Assembly: GCA_965153285.1 (NCBI GenBank)
Contig: OZ229119.1
Source of the DNA: Podarcis tiliguerta
Lineage: Eukaryota
DNA length: 64,000 nucleotides
Reading direction: 5' to 3' (one strand)
Position numbers and translations under genes: made by a program. Positions 57,030 through 64,000 of this stretch are shown here, piece by piece (positions within the stretch are counted from its first letter, which is position 1; every line of letters starts with the position of its first letter). The notes under the pieces are model-generated. The model searched no databases. It saw only the letters and a list, made by a program, of their open reading frames with translations, and was not told the origin of the DNA.

Positions 57030-57285
57030 TATATATATACACCATATTTTCATTCCAAATTCTTCTTTTTCAACTTCCTTCATCCTGTACACAGTTTTCT
57101 ATTTCCTCCTTCTAAACTGTCTCTTTTTTGAATTATTTTTACGATTTCCCCAAATTGTAACCTAAGAACCATAAATCTTCTTGCAGAAGTTAATCAGAAC
57201 AAGACCAGGTATTTATCGGGGACACTGCTTTTTAAAATATTCTCTACATTTCCCCCATTCTTTCTGGAACTTTTGTTTGGGCTGC
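57030..57285 (-). mobile_element. Probable L1 3' fragment
   Basis: The minus strand encodes QKFQKEWGKCREYFKK, resembling the DEWEPFTKYLK end of the L1 at 54055. Confidence 0.5.
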
Positions 57286-59211
57286 TCCCTATTTACTGCC
57301 AACATTCACTCAGATGTGCAATATGGAAGTGATGATACTGTCATGCCTTACAGGGCTGTTGTAAGGATTAGAAATAAATATTAGTGAAGAGCATTTCACA
57401 CTTTGAAATGTGTTACATAAATATAAATTATATTTGATATTAATTGTTCCATGCATTGAATCTTCCTGAGAAAACAAATGTGCCCTCATGTTTAAAGGCT
57501 GTGAATTATTGCAGCATAAATGTGACATTTTTAAAAAAGAGAGTCTTGGAAATGAGCAGAATAAATTGTATGTTAAAAGAAGTAACAGTGTTCTCCAACT
57601 GGATAAGCTGTTCTCGCAAGATTTTACTGCTGGTTGTCAGGACAAATTTGCAAAGCTATTTCTTACTCTCTTTCCACTCATTTTTCTTCATATTTTAGCT
57701 ACAGCACTCTCTTATCGTAAATTCACATCTGAAACATTTCCCGGTACTATCAGGTTGTCATAGCGTTGTGGCTGTTCTATCAAGCTCTCAATTTCTGCAG
57801 CTCCTGACAGTCGGGGGGAGGATGAGGGGTTAATGGACCATCTGACACTAACAAAAATGGGTGAATGGTTGGTAAACTCCAGGTTTCATTCCTTGAAGTA
57901 GATAGCCTGCCTTAAATTAACACAGGGTTTTCAATTTGCTGGGGTTCTAGCAAGAGAGCATTTAACTTGTTTCTGGGAACCATGGCTCACTTTCAGTGGA
58001 GGGCTTTGCCCTACTTTCGTGATTTAGGCCAGGAAGTCTGCAGTAAATTAAACATATTCTTGGGTTGTTGTTTTGTTTTTCATAGCACGTTAATTACATG
58101 TCAGCAGGTTCACACATAGGATCATATAAATAAAGAATTGGGGCGAACCTTAGACGTCATCTAGTCCAACCCTACATTGAAAGGAGGATCTGTGGTGCAG
58201 GATTTAAGCACAGCATCCCTGGCCAGGGCTTAAATACCTCTAATGCATAACCCCCAATGGATTAAGCATACAACCATCTGGTCCAGAAGTGGGGATGTGG
58301 ACCAGAAATGGCTGGGAGTGTGTTCATGTCTCCCTCTACCTTGGGAGGATCATATCATACATATGAACACATAGGTGGCTAGCCTAAATACACTTGTTAA
58401 TAGCTTGAATAGTTGAGGGTGGCTTCAATAATTATTGGGTGAAGTGTATAGACTCTGTTGATGTTTCATACAGTCAGTTTCCAGGTGCTGCTCCCATAGG
58501 CAGTGCCTGGTACACATGGGAGCTACATCCTGGCTATGGTTCCAGTCTAATCCCTCCCTTGTCAACTTGCTCTTTCTTTTGACCTCTTTTCCGCCCTCCC
58601 TTTTCAAGCATGTTCTGTCTTATAGCCCCTGTGCTGGAGAGGAAGCATTCACTTATCTACTCTGCAACATTCAGAAATATTTGCAGCACAATAGGCACAC
58701 AGAAGCCACAATACTTCATTTTAAAAAAAGAAAATCCCTTAGACATTTACAGAGTGTGATGTGATATGCAATATCTTATTCCCTGGAAATTGAATTGGTA
58801 TATACACTTCTGTTTCATTATGTGTCTTTGGGTATTTTTCTTTCTCAAATACCCTAGGAGAAAATCATATATGGTAATGTGATAAAAACACCAGGAAGAA
58901 TAAATGTACTGAATTGGGTAAAATATTACAAAGAAATAAGCCTGTGTCAGCACCATTCACGAGGTATTCCAGGTTTCCGTTTGTGAGAGAGAGACTTTTT
59001 TTGCTGATAACTTGGCATATGAATATTTACAATCAAATGTGTCAAAGGAAAAAGAGAGCTAATGCCAGTAGTATAATTTTATGTGTCAGTGGGTTGGCAC
59101 TATTTAAATTCCTTTGAGATTAAGCAGAGACTTCAGTTAAAATATATATATAATGCAAAACATCATATTTGTCATACAATGCTTATTTATGAAATATATT
59201 ACATTTGCAGA

Positions 59212-59362
59212 ACCACACTTCCCCAAATTGGTGCCCTCAACGTGTTCCGAACTACAACTCGCATCAGCACCAGCCAGCATGGCCAATGGTCCATGGCCAA
59301 AGGTCAGAGATAATAGGAGTTGTAGTCCAGAAATCTTGAGGATGCAAAATTGGAGAAGACTG
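59212..59362. mobile_element. Old palindromic hAT-like MITE
   Basis: GAACTACAACTC...GGAGTTGTAGTCC internal inverted repeat. Confidence 0.65.
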
Positions 59363-61149
59363 CACAAGACTATAGGATAGCATTAATTGCAATCCTATTT
59401 CTTTACCCATAGCCATTGTGGATAAGAACCTTCACTAAAATAATAAAATAACTGGGAAAAGCCTCCATTTCACCTCCATGTCAGGCTAATTAACCCACCC
59501 CCTTCCTCAGTGGTCTTTAACTGACATCATGGCTTGTAATTATCATTAGACCACACCCTGATTTCTGCAATTTCTGCAGCCCAAATCCCAGTATACAAAA
59601 GGCAATTGTAAAGAGGCATTCCTCAGGGCATTCCTCAGGCATTCCTTTCAGTGAGGGTAATGTCAATTCTGCATGGGGCGGATTATACAAAAATGTAGAA
59701 TTATGTTATTTATCAGTGAAAAGAAAAGTAATCCCTCGATCTATACTTCCCATCTATGGAAAAGAAGTAACATTTCCCTGTAAGGGCTATTAAGTGGCAT
59801 AACTGCCTTGCAGAATACGTGGAGAATATAATTATGGAGAACAACTGATTGTATTTTAAAACATAATTACTAGGATCAGAGCAGCAAATGCTGGAAAGTC
59901 TTTGTCAAGTAGATTAAATGCACTGGAGATGTTTAGTCTCCTAAGAATCCTTAGGTTGGGAAGAAACCAAAAATTCATCAGAATCATTCCTGACCCTGCA
60001 AGTTAATACAATGCATCGTATAAAGATCTGTAGTACACCAAAGGGAGAGAGCAAGAGGCAAGAGCACAGGTGAGCTGGCTTCAGTCTTCCCCTTTGCAAC
60101 TCTTTAACCACCACCATTGCTAGTTACAATTTTGTAGTAGTTAAGTGGATTTCAGCCAGATTATCAAGGGTGTACACCTCTGTTAAGAGTATACCTATAA
60201 ATGTACCGTATGAATATGACAAATGTGCACTGGAGATCTGTGACTGGCTGCCACCTCATGTTTCAGTGTAAGATTGGTGATGTACCTGAGTTTGCCTTTT
60301 GCAGTGAAGTGTGTTTGATAACGGCATGTGTAAAATGTTCCGCACTGGAGAGTATAACATAACAGTGGAAAAGGGTGATGGAGGTGGCCACATACTGCCC
60401 ATGCTGCAAATGTGCGTTTAAGACTTTTCAGAAAAGTAACATTAAAAAAAATGAATTAGTAATGTGCACCCGATGTGAGTCATGTTACCTTAGTGCTGCT
60501 AACAAATGCAGCATGATTATTTGAGCAAAAATGTTCTTAGTAGGATGGCTTTCAGTCCTAATGTGGCTGGTAACATGCTGGGCAGACACAAAAGCATTTT
60601 TGTGACTAAAACTTCATCCACCATGAAATGAGATTCTAGGAAATCTGGTGCCACTCTCATTTCTCATAGTGCACTGCACAGTGTTTTCCTCACATATGTG
60701 ATCAGTTTGTAGTGTCTCCACACTGTTGGAACAAATTTAATTGCTTTCCAGCATATTTTAATGCTACAGTTTCTATAATTCAGTATTTTCCTAATTGTGC
60801 CTCGCACTACTGCTCGTCTGCAGGAATCAGTCATTACGTTCTAATAGTGCATTGGCTGATATTTACTCAGCCTGAGCCCCGTGTTGCTGCATGCTCTCAT
60901 GAGAAAGAGTCCAGCCCTGAGGACGTGTCTGCAGTGTAACTGCATTAGCTGTACTGGATCAAACCCATAGAATAACCAGAGAGATACCTGGTCTCTAACT
61001 TCGCCTCCTCCAAATAATTGGCTCTAGATAGCTTGTACAAAAAGAGAGACAGAGGGAGAAGCTCATCATCCTTTTGAAGTTCAGGTAGCTGGTGTGTTAC
61101 ATCCAAAGTTGGCAATGGGCATTGCAGGCCCTTGGCTCTTAACCCTGAC

Positions 61150-61360
61150 TCCACCTAAACATTAGGAAGAACTTCCTGACAGTAAGAGCTGTTCGACAGT
61201 GGAATTTGCTGCCAAGGAGTGTGGTGGAGTCTCCTTCTTTGGAGGTCTTTAAGCAGAGGCTTGACAACCATATGTCAGGAGTGCTCTGATGGTGTTTCCT
61301 GCTTGGCAGGGGGTTGGACTCGATGACCCTTGTGGTCTCTTCCAACTCTATGATTCTATG
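61150..61360 (+). mobile_element. Young CR1 3' fragment
   Basis: Near-identical reverse complement of part of 47053-47359, flanked by TGACTCC (61146-61152, 61359-61365). Confidence 0.93.
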
Positions 61361-61877
61361 ACTCCTTTACCGGCCTTACCTACTTAATGAGGCTCTTAAG
61401 CTGTGACTCAACTTGTGAGTCACAAAGTCAAATGTGCCCACCAACAGTGTATGGTGGCATGAAAGGGTGGAGGTTGCAGGAATGAGATACTAGGTTAGCA
61501 AGCCATCAGCATTCAGCTTGGTGGACCACAGGTTGTGTGTGCCTAGTCCAGTCCAAGAGAGAGGCTAAGTGCAATGAAACTGGATGTCTAACTTGGCGGA
61601 GGAAGATTGTTTACTCCAGAACGATACTTTCCATCATCTTGGAGAGGAAGCAATTTTAACACTGAACTACAATTGACCATGTGTGAGCTGCGGAAATGTA
61701 GGGGAACCTCCTTGTGCAAGACAGTGATGTGAGATTTCTGGGAACAGAGCACAACAAAGAGAGGGAATTCTGGCTATTAGATGGATATAAAAAATAGTAA
61801 TGATGGTTTGAAGTGATAGATTTAATTTTACTGTATTGTTTCAGGCATGTTTTGATATTCCCTTAGCTTCCTTGGGT

Positions 61878-62097
61878 CACTGGCAGAGGAAGAGGAGTGC
61901 GGGGGGGGGAGCGCACCACCCCTGGCAGCGTGATACCCAGGGTGCCATCGTGGCTGCCCCCCACCCGCACTGGGTGCCCTGCCCCTATGGGTGGCATGCC
62001 CCACCCCCAGGACGTGCGCCCCACCCCTGGGGTGCATGCCAGCCCCAGCCCCGCCTGCTCTCCACCCCCAGTGCTGGAGCATGAAGCTCCGCCACTG
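61878..62097. mobile_element. GC-rich hAT MITE
   Basis: TIR CACTGGCAGAG / CTCCGCCACTG. Perfect 8-bp TSD CCTTGGGT at 61870-61877 and 62098-62105. Confidence 0.85.
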
Positions 62098-63046
62098 CCT
62101 TGGGTATTGCTTGCATAACAGTAATTCCTTAGAATCCTACTTTTTGTCTGTTAGTTTTTAGTCTCGCACTGTAATGACTGTCTGTTTTCACAAAGTATAA
62201 TAATAGCCTGAAGTATTAAGAGGCTTTCAGATGTGCATACTTCAACTACTTAAAGCGGGTTGTGAGAGCACAAAAGGGCAGATCTTATTGTACTGTATAC
62301 TATTGTGATACCTTTTAAAAAGGGTCATCATATTAGCTGTCAGAATTGTGTGCTGGTCGAGAAGAGATAAAGAAGTGACTAATAAAACAAAATAAAATGT
62401 GAAGATGAATAAGCCTCCTTGGGAGCTGCTCTTTCTAGATCAGATAATTCTTCCTCATGTTTCTTTCCTTCTGATGGCAGCACATCAAAACCTTTTCTCA
62501 GATTACTAACACAGAGGCCCATGGGATGCCTGGGCCAGACCTTTCGAGGCACGGCCAGCTTTCAGACTGATGGATGATCCGGCCTTTTCTTTTTGGTGAT
62601 CTTTCATATCTCTGTAAAATGAACAGAAAGGTTCAGAGGCCGCACAAAGTAAATATCATAATTTATGTGTTTCTTCTATTTCTGTTCGTTTACATTTTAT
62701 GGTAGATTTTGGCCTACAGAATAAGGGGTTAGCAACTGCACCAGAAAGATTAATAGAAATCCACCACCTTCCCTTTTCCTCACTTGCTGAGTGGGAAGAT
62801 TGGCTCAAGGGCAAAATAGCTTTTTAAAAGGATAATTGTTTCTGCATTAATAACAGATGACTCATTGAATTGTAGGTTGCTGGAGGAACAGAGATCATAG
62901 TTCTAAGATGTGCATGGACATGCAATTCTGACATGCAGGGACATTGATGCTTGCAGTGGTTTTTAAGATTATTGTTAATAAATGATAATCTGCTGAGATG
63001 TAAACAGTGTCAGCAGTTATCAATAACAACAACAACAACAATATCA

Positions 63047-64000
63047 ATCATAGAATCATAGAATTGTAGAGTTAGAGGGGACTGCAAGGGTCATGTAGTC
63101 CAACCCCCTGCAATGCAGGAATCTCAGCTAAAGCATCCATGACAGAGGGACACCCAGCCTCTGCTTAAAAACTTCCAAGGAAGGAGAGTCCACAACCTCC
63201 CAAGCGAGAATGTTCTACAGTTGAAGAGCTACTATAGTGGTACCTCGGGTTAAGTACTTAATTCGTTCCAGAGGTCCGTTCTTAACCTGAAATTATTCTT
63301 AACGTGAAGCACCACTTTAGCTAATGGGGCCTCCTGCTGCCGCCACGCTGCCGGAGCACGATTTCTGTTCTCATCCTGAAGCAAAGTTCTTAACCTGAAG
63401 CATTATTTCTGGGTTAGCGGAGTCTGCAACCTGAAGCGTATGTAACCTGAAGCGTATGTAACCTGAGGTACCACTGTACTGTCAAAAAGTTACTCCTGAT
63501 GTTTAGTTGGAATCTCCTTTCTTGTAACTTGAAGCCACTGGTTTTAGTCCCACCCTCCAGAGCAGGAGAAAACAAGCTTGCTCCATCTTCCATTTGGCAG
63601 CCCTTGAGATATTTGAAGATGGCTATCATATTTCCACAGCATTCTCCTGATCCACACAGTTTGTAATTCCATCAAAAAATGAAAAAGAAAGGAAGAAAGA
63701 AATGGGGACAACATTTGCCCTCCTCCAGTCTGCAGGGACCTTACCTGTTTTCCAAGAATGCCCAAAGATCATAGACAAAGGCTCCAAGATTACACCTGCA
63801 AGCTCCTTTAGTACCCTTAGATACAGCTCATCAGGCCCTGGAGATTTGAATTCATTTACAGTAGCTAGGTGTTCCCTTGCTACCTCTTTTCCTATTTTGG
63901 GCTGCACCTCCCTCCCTACATCATTTATTCAGTTATCACCAGGTTGGCCAAAGTAGATGTTGAGTAGTTTCACCTTCTTCTGTCACCCAAAAGCATTTTT
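63047..64000 (-). mobile_element. Internally deleted CR1 copy running off the window end, with a nested MITE
   Basis: Tail at 63047. Encodes MIAIFKYLKGC, FFDGITNCVDQENAVEI, KSPGPDELYLRVLKELA and DWRRANVVPI. Confidence 0.9.
63235..63476. mobile_element. Tigger/pogo-like MITE inserted at a TA inside CR1
   Basis: TA-TAGTGGTACCTCGGGTTA...TAACCTGAGGTACCACTG-TA; CR1 sequence resumes on both sides. Confidence 0.92.

Overview
Vertebrate, not prokaryotic, DNA. It is most likely from a squamate reptile, probably a lacertid lizard, as inferred from Sauria SINEs, Squam3-like SINEs, BovB and CR1. I recognise no host protein-coding exon, so the window looks like a large intron or gene desert with many transposon fragments, a 492-N gap and a few CpG-retaining, enhancer-like blocks. 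The main feature is a very young, nearly intact 5.5-kb Ty3/Gypsy chromovirus of the Tf1/sushi type (22140-27637) with 408-bp LTRs that differ at one base and a CAGGA target-site duplication (TSD). It shows a tRNA-independent self-priming site, a -1 frameshift pseudoknot between gag and pol, and a chromodomain with a degenerate aromatic cage. Its integrase tail also carries two tandem helix/acidic/FxGF motifs that resemble host LEDGF/TFIIS-N-domain-binding motifs, and the reading frame continues through the whole U3 of the 3' LTR. My best candidate for an undescribed system is integration targeting by mimicry of these host motifs. That is a hypothesis from sequence only.
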